A DNA stretch of 64,000 bases, from positions 1 through 64,000 of IMG/VR virus record IMGVR_UViG_3300016466_000859, one strand, 5' to 3'. Shown here in pieces: positions 16,106 to 25,221 of the stretch. Position numbers and translations under genes: made by a program. Numbering within the stretch: the first letter of the stretch is position 1; each line of letters opens with the position of its first letter. The notes beneath the pieces were generated by a model. It made no database searches, was not told the origin of the DNA, and was given only the letters and a program-made list of their open reading frames with translations. Origin of the DNA: a virus.

Positions 16106-19100
16106 ATGAGCACCAGCGAAAAGTCTCTCCGTGCTGTCGAAACGGAAATCAATCAGATAAACACTGAACTCGAAGATGCCAATGCGGCCGTTAGGTCAAC
16201 AAAAAGAAAACTGGCATTATCCGCAGAAACCCCCGGTGCCGACCCTGGTCTTAGACAAGAGCTGCAAAATCGTTTGGCCAAACAGGAGGCAGAAGTTGCA
16301 GCACTTAACTCAAGATTGGCCTCTAAAGAAAAAGAAGCTGACGCTATCGCGGACGGTCAACCCACAGCTCAACCCACAGCTCAAGAAAATACCGCAGCAG
16401 CCAGTCAGACCGCAGAAACAGCGGTAAACAACGAAGAAGAATCCCCCGACTCCGACGAAGAGCTCGACGAAGAAGAGCTCGACGAAGAAGAGCTCGACGA
16501 AGAAGAGCAAGACAATCTTGAAAACGAAGACGAAGATCCCGACTCTGACGAAACCGAGGACGAAACCGGCACCGATTCTGTTGTGGGTTTTGACGAAGAT
16601 GGAAACCCCATTTACGAGTCCGACGAAACCGAAGATGAAACCGGGATAGATCAGGTCATAGGATTTGACAAGTATGGAAATCCTGTCTATGCCGGCGACG
16701 AAGTCGCAGATCAAGCTTCCTCGATTCCTGTTTATGTGCCAATGGATAATCCTTTGCATGATTATGCATCCTATACCTATAACGTCAGCTTGTTTGTGTT
16801 ATCCAGCGAAGAATACAATAGAGCTGTAACAGGAGTAGAAACATGGGACCGAGTTGGGCAGTGCTTGATCGGCGGCGCTGGCAGATTCAATGACACCAAT
16901 AGGCATCCTGCATTCCGTGACGACTTTTTCTTTGATGGTTTACGACTCACTACTGTGGTAGGACTCAATCAAAAAAGCAAATCCAGCAACGCCATTGATA
17001 TCACGTTCAATTTGATTGAACCGTATGGTCTCACTTTGCTCGACCGGATCATTGATGTGGCCGAAACAGTGAAACCACGATGCCGGAACTACCTCGAGCT
17101 TCCTTATATGTTACAGATTGATTTTTTTGGGTCAACCGACGACGGCGGTATGCCAAACCCCATTCCAGGCATAACAAAACGTCTTCCGATAAAAATAATC
17201 GAGTTAAAGATGAAAGTGGGCACCAAAGGCACCGAATATGCATTAAAAGCCATCCCATTTAATCATCAAGCACTCCAAGAAACCACAGCGTCGACGCCTA
17301 TCAATCTCGAAGTCGATGCCGCTACGGTCAAAGATTTTTTCGACGAAGGTGAAGCTGTGACCGTGACTGACACTACCGAAATCGCTGCTTATCGTGAAGC
17401 TATAAAACTCGATGTAATAAAATCAGATCCTGCGGTGCTAAAAATCTACGAAGCACGGTTGATTGAACTGGAAAAAGGAGCTCGTATCAAAGCCACCAGT
17501 TACACTGCAGGAGTCAATGCTTGGTATCAGCAGCAGCTGATAACCGGAGCAAGAAAATACACTGATCAGATAAGATTTGTAGTTGACGAAGAAATCGGTA
17601 AATCGTTGATTGTGATGCCCGATCGTAACGATCCAAGCAAAACTCCGGTGCCCGATCCAGGTACAGCAAAGGCGCGAGTGATCAATTCACCCAATGCCAG
17701 TGGGCCCGACTTCAACACGTCGGCATTTAGCATCAGCGCCGGTACGTCGGTGTTGAAATTGGTTGACATGGTCATGAGAAACAGTAGATATGTGCTGGAT
17801 CAGGTGTCGGATCCTGCCAGCAAAAGTGCTCAAGACATCGCGAACTCACGCGGTAAACCTTTGCTTTGGTACAAAGTAGTCCCCGAGATACAACTCAATC
17901 AATTCGACCCCAAGACCAATCGTTGGTCAAAGATTATAACATATCATATCAAAAAAATGATAGTCTACAACAGCAAACATCCGATGGGACCGCAATCCTT
18001 GCCCAATGGTGCTGTCAAACAATACGACTATCTCTACACCGGCTACAATCGAGATATTCTCGATTTCAGCATTGATTTTGATGCATTGTTTTATACTGCG
18101 GTTGAAGTAAACCGCGCCAGTTACCAGACTATTTCAGGAGCTGCATCTTCACCTGATACAGGAAGAGTCAATGACATACAAAATCCCAGCAATCCAGGAT
18201 CAATACAGCAATCTACTTACATTCCCATCCCAGATAATCCTGGCGCCAGTGCAGTACTAGACGGTAACCGAGACTCGGTGACAAAAACCGCATCTAGCAT
18301 ACAAAACAGTATCTACAGCAATGCGCGGGGAGACATGTTGAATCTGCGTATCAAGATCATTGGTGATCCGCATTTTATCAAACAAGACGACGTGTTGGTA
18401 AATCCTGCCGATAAAGATTACGAAAAACAAACCAACGAACAATTGATTCCAGGGGTAGGTAGTTTGGTCATGGACCGCGGAGAAATTTTTGTGCGGGTAA
18501 ATTTTCGCACTCCGGTTGACGTCGACGACAACACAGGTCTTCTAAGACAGGACGGAAAGTATATCGAAAGCAAGTTTTCGGGATTATATCGTTTGTTGAC
18601 AGTGGATTCAGAATTCCGTAGTGGCAAGTTTGAGCAGGTATTAAATATGGTTAGGATTTTCGAAGATATCCTGGAACCAGGTGTAGTTGTTGATGATAGG
18701 CAAGACGAATCGACCGCAGACAGAGACCAAGAAGGCACAGAAGCCAGCGACATCGATGACTCGTCGGGAGTAACTGGACTAGATGAGTCCACCGAAGACG
18801 AAACAGTCGAGGACGATGATTCGGGAATATCATCCTATGGCGAAGAAGACGATCCTTACGACCCCGATACAGCCATGGAGTCAGAGGAAACGGAAGAGGA
18901 TACCGAGGAACTTGAAGAGATTGCCGATTCAGATGTAGAAGAAGACATCGGTGATGTAGAAGAGCAACAAGCAACATCAACCGAACAGCAACCAGTAAAA
19001 ACATCGGCGCAGTTTGAAAATCAACGGCAGCTGACTCAAGAACAAAAAGTTCGAGCTCTCGAGAGCGAAGCGGCTCGCATAGACACAGAACTGGCTGATG

Positions 19101-19279
19101 CCGAAGCCAGTGTAAGATCCACTCAGAGGAAGTTGGAAAGATCAGCAGAAACTCCCAATGCCGATCCTGTTCTCCGGCAAGAATTACAAAATCGATTATC
19201 ACAACAGCAGGCCCAGGTCTCAAATCTAAAATCTCAATTGGCCGCCAAAGAGGCAGAAGCCGATAAAGCAGCGGAATAA
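16106..19279 (+). CDS. Baseplate hub protein (gp27/VgrG-N-like core) with acidic linkers and duplicated coiled-coil termini
   Basis: Lies between gp53- and gp5-like genes; core motifs NPLHDYASYTY, LIEPYG, IKIIGDP...IKQ, FSGLYRL...EFRSGKFEQVL. Confidence 0.6.
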   Translation: MSTSEKSLRAVETEINQINTELEDANAAVRSTKRKLALSAETPGADPGLRQELQNRLAKQEAEVAALNSRLASKEKEADAIADGQPTAQPTAQENTAAASQTAETAVNNEEESPDSDEELDEEELDEEELDEEEQDNLENEDEDPDSDETEDETGTDSVVGFDEDGNPIYESDETEDETGIDQVIGFDKYGNPVYAGDEVADQASSIPVYVPMDNPLHDYASYTYNVSLFVLSSEEYNRAVTGVETWDRVGQCLIGGAGRFNDTNRHPAFRDDFFFDGLRLTTVVGLNQKSKSSNAIDITFNLIEPYGLTLLDRIIDVAETVKPRCRNYLELPYMLQIDFFGSTDDGGMPNPIPGITKRLPIKIIELKMKVGTKGTEYALKAIPFNHQALQETTASTPINLEVDAATVKDFFDEGEAVTVTDTTEIAAYREAIKLDVIKSDPAVLKIYEARLIELEKGARIKATSYTAGVNAWYQQQLITGARKYTDQIRFVVDEEIGKSLIVMPDRNDPSKTPVPDPGTAKARVINSPNASGPDFNTSAFSISAGTSVLKLVDMVMRNSRYVLDQVSDPASKSAQDIANSRGKPLLWYKVVPEIQLNQFDPKTNRWSKIITYHIKKMIVYNSKHPMGPQSLPNGAVKQYDYLYTGYNRDILDFSIDFDALFYTAVEVNRASYQTISGAASSPDTGRVNDIQNPSNPGSIQQSTYIPIPDNPGASAVLDGNRDSVTKTASSIQNSIYSNARGDMLNLRIKIIGDPHFIKQDDVLVNPADKDYEKQTNEQLIPGVGSLVMDRGEIFVRVNFRTPVDVDDNTGLLRQDGKYIESKFSGLYRLLTVDSEFRSGKFEQVLNMVRIFEDILEPGVVVDDRQDESTADRDQEGTEASDIDDSSGVTGLDESTEDETVEDDDSGISSYGEEDDPYDPDTAMESEETEEDTEELEEIADSDVEEDIGDVEEQQATSTEQQPVKTSAQFENQRQLTQEQKVRALESEAARIDTELADAEASVRSTQRKLERSAETPNADPVLRQELQNRLSQQQAQVSNLKSQLAAKEAEADKAAE
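16454..16693 (+). repeat. Coding repeats: 15-nt ELDEE x3 and a 75-nt DETEDETG...GFD..GNP.Y duplication
   Basis: GACGAAGAAGAGCTC at 16466, 16481 and 16496 (partial); units starting at 16547 and 16622. Confidence 0.9.
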
Positions 19280-19288
19280 AGGACAACA

Positions 19289-21412
19289 ATGAGTACCGAA
19301 CGAAGATTAGGCAATAGAATACCCAAGTGGGCCAACAAAGACTCTGCCACCGGAGTTAAATTAGATCCGGGCCCGTTCGTTGGTGTGATCAAGAACAACC
19401 TGGATCCCACAAAGTCTGGTCGTCTACAAGTCTACATACCCGATCTCGGCGGCGATGAAACCAATGTGCAAAACTGGAGAACAGTGAGTTACGCTAGTCC
19501 GTTTTTTGGGGCAACCACACAGCCCGAGGCGACCCGGCTCACTGAATTTGAAAAGGTACATCATACTTACGGTATGTGGATGGTACCACCCGACATTGGC
19601 AATGAAGTGCTTTGCATATTCGTCAATGGTGATCCAGGCCGCGGCTATTGGTTTGCTTGCGTAAATAAAAATCTCAGCCATACTATGACGCCGGCCTTGG
19701 GCACCGACGGTCCGTTTGATACATCACGAGTAAAAAGCAATATCGTTAAAAATGCTCTGGCGCAAAAACAAACTCCCACCTTGCCTGCGGCTGAATTCAA
19801 TGAAAACGAACCGGCTAATATTTCCGACGGATTCTTGAACAACAAAAAAGCCATACACGAACCACAAGCCGAAATATTGATCAAGCAAGGACTTGACCGA
19901 GATCCGGTGCGTGGAGCGATAACCAGCTCTAGCCAGCGGGAAACTCCCAGCCAGGTATTTGGTATTTCTACTCCCGGTCGACCTGTGCCAGAGCAAGATC
20001 CTGCTCTAGACCCCAACTACGGACTCTTGTTAAATTCCGGCGAGATTGACGAATCAAAGTATGCTGTACGAGCAAGAGTAGGCGGACATAGCTTGGTCAT
20101 GGACGACGGCGAAATCGATTCTGGGCGCAATCAACTTGTGCGGTTGCGTACAGCCAGCGGACATCAGCTCTTGATGAATGACACAGAACGCATCATATAT
20201 CTAGCCAACAGCGACGGGTCTGTTTGGTTGGAATTCGCCGGTTCAGGACAGATCACGGCCTACGCCGGCGGCGGTATAAACCTACGCACCGACGGTGATT
20301 TTAACTTACACAGTGATGGTGATATAAATTTCCATGCCAAACGAAATTTTAATGTTCGTGCCGATGGAGCCATCGTACAAGATTCTCCCAAGATAACACT
20401 CAAGGCCACAGACAACTTTCTTGCCTATGGAGGCAAAGTTGAAATAGGCTCCGGCGGCAATCTTTTTATCAGTGCTGACAGCAAAGGCGAGTTTACCACA
20501 CAAGGTCCAATGGTATTGTCAGGGAGCCGCACAGACATTAATTCCTATCCGGGCGCTCGAGTTAAAGATCCTGGTAATATCAAACTCAATCAACACAATG
20601 ACACAGTAAGGGAAAGCGACGAGCATCCTTGGCAAACAGCCCCGGGGCAACTGTCATCGATTGTCAAGATCGCTCCCAGCCATGAACCCTGGCCTCGACA
20701 AAAAGGTAGCCCGCAAGGACAACCCACTCGTGGTGGCGAAGAAATCAACACTGGTCCTCCTCCAGCCAAGGTAGAAATACCTCCAGGGGAGCCCAGTGGC
20801 GATCCGGGTCCAGACTCAGCTCAAGGACAACCGGTCTCGGGTGCATTGGATCCCATGTGGTTAAACAAAGCCGATGCTCCCAATCCCCCTGGTGGAGTTG
20901 GACCACTCAGCCAATACGAAACAAAGTGTCTCATGGCGCAGATCGCTTACAGCGAATCGGCCTGGAACTACAAGGCCAAAAACAGCCTCAATTATGTGGG
21001 AAGATACCAAACTGGAGCAGCAGTACTCAGCGACCAAGGCTACATCAAAAAAGATTATTTTAAACAATACCGCAACGGAGCAGTCAACCAAGATGGCGCC
21101 TGGACCGGCAAAGATGGTATCAATAGTCTAGACGATTACTTCAACAGCAAAAGCGTGCAGGAAAATGTCATGTATTCCTTGATGCAAAGTAACTATAAGA
21201 CCATGGTTAGGATTGGAGCCATTAAGACCGGCGACAACAAAGAAACGGTGGCTGGTATGATACAAGTAGCACATCTCTTGGGCGCCGGCGGCGCCAAGCA
21301 ATGGCGATTTACCGCCGGTGGGTCGGACGCCAACGGAACCACTGGTGCAACCTATTATAACAAGGCTAGATATGCAGTAAGCACACTGGCCACTGGTTCT
21401 ACAGCGGCTTAA
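19289..21412 (+). CDS. gp5: Baseplate central spike, gp5-like, with C-terminal lysozyme/transglycosylase-like domain
   Basis: OB-fold DPTKSGRLQVYIP...GMWMVPPDIGNEV, beta-helix GGHSLVMDDG/SGHQLLMND; C-terminal AYSESAWNY...GRYQ. Confidence 0.8.
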   Translation: MSTERRLGNRIPKWANKDSATGVKLDPGPFVGVIKNNLDPTKSGRLQVYIPDLGGDETNVQNWRTVSYASPFFGATTQPEATRLTEFEKVHHTYGMWMVPPDIGNEVLCIFVNGDPGRGYWFACVNKNLSHTMTPALGTDGPFDTSRVKSNIVKNALAQKQTPTLPAAEFNENEPANISDGFLNNKKAIHEPQAEILIKQGLDRDPVRGAITSSSQRETPSQVFGISTPGRPVPEQDPALDPNYGLLLNSGEIDESKYAVRARVGGHSLVMDDGEIDSGRNQLVRLRTASGHQLLMNDTERIIYLANSDGSVWLEFAGSGQITAYAGGGINLRTDGDFNLHSDGDINFHAKRNFNVRADGAIVQDSPKITLKATDNFLAYGGKVEIGSGGNLFISADSKGEFTTQGPMVLSGSRTDINSYPGARVKDPGNIKLNQHNDTVRESDEHPWQTAPGQLSSIVKIAPSHEPWPRQKGSPQGQPTRGGEEINTGPPPAKVEIPPGEPSGDPGPDSAQGQPVSGALDPMWLNKADAPNPPGGVGPLSQYETKCLMAQIAYSESAWNYKAKNSLNYVGRYQTGAAVLSDQGYIKKDYFKQYRNGAVNQDGAWTGKDGINSLDDYFNSKSVQENVMYSLMQSNYKTMVRIGAIKTGDNKETVAGMIQVAHLLGAGGAKQWRFTAGGSDANGTTGATYYNKARYAVSTLATGSTAA

Positions 21413-21423
21413 ATATACATATC

Positions 21424-21801
21424 ATGACAATACTTTATCGTGGATTTAGCACACAAGATCGCAGTAAAAAATTCCGTGTCACCGAATTCGATCTGGTGCG
21501 CCAGGACCTGATCAATCACTTCCATATACGCAAAGGCGAAAAACTCATGAACCCAAACTTTGGTTCGATCATATGGAACACATTGTTTGAGCCATTGACA
21601 CAAGAAGTGCGCCAAGTCATCATCGATGACGTCAAAAAAATAGTATCCTATGACCCACGATTGGCCGTTGACCGCGTGACCATCGACGAATACGAACAAG
21701 GTATCCAGGTGCTGATAGATCTACGCTATGTAACCACTGATCAACGCAATATTTTACGATTGAAATTTGATCGTGAAAGTCAAAAAATGACCATGGCATA
21801 A
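21424..21801 (+). CDS. gp25: Baseplate wedge protein, gp25-like
   Basis: DLINHFHIRKGEKLMNPNFGS.IW..LFEP...YDPR; TAAATA at 21410-21415. Confidence 0.9.
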   Translation: MTILYRGFSTQDRSKKFRVTEFDLVRQDLINHFHIRKGEKLMNPNFGSIIWNTLFEPLTQEVRQVIIDDVKKIVSYDPRLAVDRVTIDEYEQGIQVLIDLRYVTTDQRNILRLKFDRESQKMTMA

Positions 21802-21848
21802 TAATAGCCGTTTTTTACTCACGGTAAATAACAAAAACGGTAAAGATT

Positions 21849-24800
21849 ATGGCCCTGACAACAAGACAAACAAATTTATTAGTCCAGCAAGACTGGACCA
21901 AGATCTATCAGACTTTCAAAGAAGCTGATTTCCAAAGCTACGACTTTGAAACACTGCGCAAGACCATGATCGATTACTTGCGCATCTACTATCCCGAGGA
22001 TTTCAACGACTTCTTAGAAAGCTCGGAGTATGTCGCTCTGATCGATTTAATTGCCTTCCTGGGGCAGAGCCTGGCTTTCCGCACCGATTTAAATGCCCGG
22101 GAAAATTTCATTGACACCGCTGAACGCAGGGATTCAGTACTAAAACTTGCAAGGATGATCAACTACAGCCCCAAGCGCAATATACCTGCTTCGGGCTTAT
22201 TGAAAATTGATTCAATATCAACCACAGAGTCCGTGACCGACAGCAACGGCACAGATCTCGCCAATCTTATCATTTCCTGGAACGACAGCACCAACGATAA
22301 CTGGCAAGAACAGTTTAATACAGTGTTGAACGCTGCCTTGGTCAACAGTCAGATTGTTGGGAAACCTGGCAACAGCCAGGTCATCAATAATATACGCACC
22401 GATGAATATTCTGTCAGCGTTGAACCAGGTACCGTTCCGGTTTATCGTTTTAGTTCAACAGTTGAAGGAGCCAACACAACATTTGAAGCGGTATCGGCTA
22501 CCACTGGCGGAGAAACCTACATCTACGAAGCTGAACCAAAGCCCACGGTCAAGTTTAACTTACTGTATCGCAACGACAATCTTGGAAACAGTTCCAACAA
22601 TACCGGCTATTTTGTTTATTTCAAACAGGGATCACTCAACAGTGTTGATTTTACCATCAACGAATCCTTGCCTAATAGAGTGATTAATATCAATTTTGAC
22701 AATATCAACAACACCGACACTTGGCTATATGCGTTGAATGCTCAAGGAGCAGTGACCGAAAACTGGTCCAAAGTGCCTGCTGTGGCCGGCATCAACATAG
22801 CCTATAACAAAAATTCTGATCGTAATCTTTATCAAATCAATAGCCGAGTTGGAGACCAAGTTGATTTGGTGTTTGGCGACGGCGCATTTGCCAACTCGCC
22901 GAGAGGTACGTTCCGATTCTATTATCGTCAGAGCAATGGCCTCACTTACAAAATCACACCCGATGAGATGCAAAACATCTCTATTCCCATCACATATGTG
23001 AGCCGCCTGGGTCGAATTGAAACATTGACTGTGCGTGCCAGCCTCAACTACACAGTGGCCAACGCCACTTCACGTGAAACCTTGGACGAAATACGTACCA
23101 AAGCACCACAGCAATACTACACACAGAACAGGATGATTACCGGCGAGGATTATAACATCTTGCCTTACACTGCATTCAGCACCGTGCTCAAAGCCAAAGC
23201 AGTGAATCGTACTAGTTCAGGTGTGAGTCGATTTCTTGATGTATTAGATGTCACGGGCAAATACAGTTCTACCAATATCTATGCCAGCGACGGAATACTC
23301 TATCGCGACGAGTATATCAAGGATTTCCGTTTTTCATTCCAGACCACCAACGAAATTTTCACGGTGATCTACAATCAGATAAAACCATTGATAAGTGGAA
23401 AGAGTCTGCAACACTATCATTACTCTAAGATAACCAGACCCGCATTGTCGGGACTTGTATGGGAGTCAACAGGTACATCCACCAATCTAAACACAGGTCG
23501 TTTGCGTTTTTCCAACAACAATACCATCGCTCCTGTTGGTGCAAACTCGTCAACATCGTTGAAATATTTGATCAATGGTGCCATGATACGGTTTGCAGCC
23601 GGAGCCGGAAAATATTTCACAGGGTCGGGAGAAATAGTCACCGGTGAGCCGCACAGAGAAACCGATCGACGTTATATCTATGCCGCGATTGTTCGCACCC
23701 AGCAAGACAACTCTTTGTCGTTGAATCAATTGGTTCCCAGTGGTGCTGTACCCGATGAAATCATTCCTGCTTTTAAAAACAATCTAACAGATCAGGTATC
23801 TTCGGACAATTTTATTAAAATTATTGCCGACTATGTCCGCACCTATAAGAATTTTGGCCTAAGATATGATGTCGATACCACGACGTGGCACATAATAGAA
23901 AACAATGATCTTGGTGGATCATCGTATTCAGAGTCTGATGCCGGTGACACCAGTGGTCGCGCTCTAGATTCTAGCTGGCTTGTGAAATTTACCTTTGATG
24001 GAACGCAGTACATAGTCGAACATCGTGGGCTCGATTATTATTTTGAAAGTCTTGTCGATACGAAATTTTATTTTGACGAAAGGGTCAAGGTATTCGACTC
24101 CCGCACCGGGCGAACTATCAATGACTTTATCAAAGTGCTGAGATTTAATACCGAGCCCGATTCTTCTCGGGCGTTGACCAATGATTTGTCTTGGTATGTT
24201 TTCAAAAGCATCGTTGAGTCAGACGGTTATGTCAACAACAGTAAAATATTATTGACTTTCCCCGACAGTGACAGTGATGGTGTGCCCGACAATCCCGATC
24301 TTTTTGAATTGATAGTGGCACCCAAAGTCAATCAAGAAGAAAAATTTGTGTTCTTTGTGGCTTCTACTTCTTCAGATCTATTCGAAGATTACCGTCCCGT
24401 GCCGGCCTCTTCTGTGATCGCCGGATTGTCTACTCGCGATGAGATACTGACTTCGCGAAGTCAGTATCCTGTTGGCCAGATATTTTACGCCAATTTAGAG
24501 AATAAATTCTATCGCTCATTGGCGGTACTCGAGGAAGTATTTAATTATCGGGCTCGCGTTGGAAGAGCAGACCTAAATTTCCAATATCGACACAACAGCC
24601 CAAACCAACGAAGGATTGATCCAAGTCCCAACAATATTGTAGATCTTTTTATATTGACAAAATCCTATGCCACTGACTACCTAGCATGGATCAAGGACTC
24701 TTCGAATACGGTTGTTAAGCCCAGCGAACCCACCAGCGAAAGTTTAAAATTGGAATTCAGTAGTCTTGAAAATTTCAAGGCCATGAGTGACACCATCATT

Positions 24801-25214
24801 TACAACTCGGCTAAATTTAAACCTATCTTTGGATCAAGAGCCGATTCAGCTCTTCGGGCCAAGTTTAAAGTGGTCAAGAATCCCAATCTCATCATCAGTG
24901 ACAGCGATATCAAAACGTCATTGATTGCAGCGGTCAATGCTTACTTTGATATAGCGAACTGGGATTTTGGCGAAACGTTTTATTTCTCAGAACTCAGTGC
25001 TTACCTACACAACCGCCTCAGCCCAGACATCGCATCGGTGGTCATTGTTGCTGCCGATAATAATGTGGCTTTTGGTAGCCTCTATCAGATAAATGCCGAA
25101 CCCGACGAGATTATAGTCTCGGCGGCCACAGTCGACGATGTAGAAATTATATCATCGATCACGGCATCGCAGCTCAACCAGATTTCAGCTGGGTTAAATA
25201 TTATAAACCAGTGA
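21849..25214 (+). CDS. gp6: Baseplate wedge protein, gp6-like
   Basis: DFETLRKTMIDYL, ENFIDTAERRDSV..LA..INY.P, VFGDG.F, ETLDEIRTKAPQQYYTQNRMITGEDY; TAAATA at 21825-21830. Confidence 0.88.
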   Translation: MALTTRQTNLLVQQDWTKIYQTFKEADFQSYDFETLRKTMIDYLRIYYPEDFNDFLESSEYVALIDLIAFLGQSLAFRTDLNARENFIDTAERRDSVLKLARMINYSPKRNIPASGLLKIDSISTTESVTDSNGTDLANLIISWNDSTNDNWQEQFNTVLNAALVNSQIVGKPGNSQVINNIRTDEYSVSVEPGTVPVYRFSSTVEGANTTFEAVSATTGGETYIYEAEPKPTVKFNLLYRNDNLGNSSNNTGYFVYFKQGSLNSVDFTINESLPNRVININFDNINNTDTWLYALNAQGAVTENWSKVPAVAGINIAYNKNSDRNLYQINSRVGDQVDLVFGDGAFANSPRGTFRFYYRQSNGLTYKITPDEMQNISIPITYVSRLGRIETLTVRASLNYTVANATSRETLDEIRTKAPQQYYTQNRMITGEDYNILPYTAFSTVLKAKAVNRTSSGVSRFLDVLDVTGKYSSTNIYASDGILYRDEYIKDFRFSFQTTNEIFTVIYNQIKPLISGKSLQHYHYSKITRPALSGLVWESTGTSTNLNTGRLRFSNNNTIAPVGANSSTSLKYLINGAMIRFAAGAGKYFTGSGEIVTGEPHRETDRRYIYAAIVRTQQDNSLSLNQLVPSGAVPDEIIPAFKNNLTDQVSSDNFIKIIADYVRTYKNFGLRYDVDTTTWHIIENNDLGGSSYSESDAGDTSGRALDSSWLVKFTFDGTQYIVEHRGLDYYFESLVDTKFYFDERVKVFDSRTGRTINDFIKVLRFNTEPDSSRALTNDLSWYVFKSIVESDGYVNNSKILLTFPDSDSDGVPDNPDLFELIVAPKVNQEEKFVFFVASTSSDLFEDYRPVPASSVIAGLSTRDEILTSRSQYPVGQIFYANLENKFYRSLAVLEEVFNYRARVGRADLNFQYRHNSPNQRRIDPSPNNIVDLFILTKSYATDYLAWIKDSSNTVVKPSEPTSESLKLEFSSLENFKAMSDTIIYNSAKFKPIFGSRADSALRAKFKVVKNPNLIISDSDIKTSLIAAVNAYFDIANWDFGETFYFSELSAYLHNRLSPDIASVVIVAADNNVAFGSLYQINAEPDEIIVSAATVDDVEIISSITASQLNQISAGLNIINQ

Positions 25215-25221
25215 AATAAAA

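Noticed and set aside
18651-19289. Long antisense ORFs (also 43110-43658, 55021-55665, 16310-16759, 49820-50344)
   Set aside because: Shadows of well-supported + strand genes, explained by codon bias.
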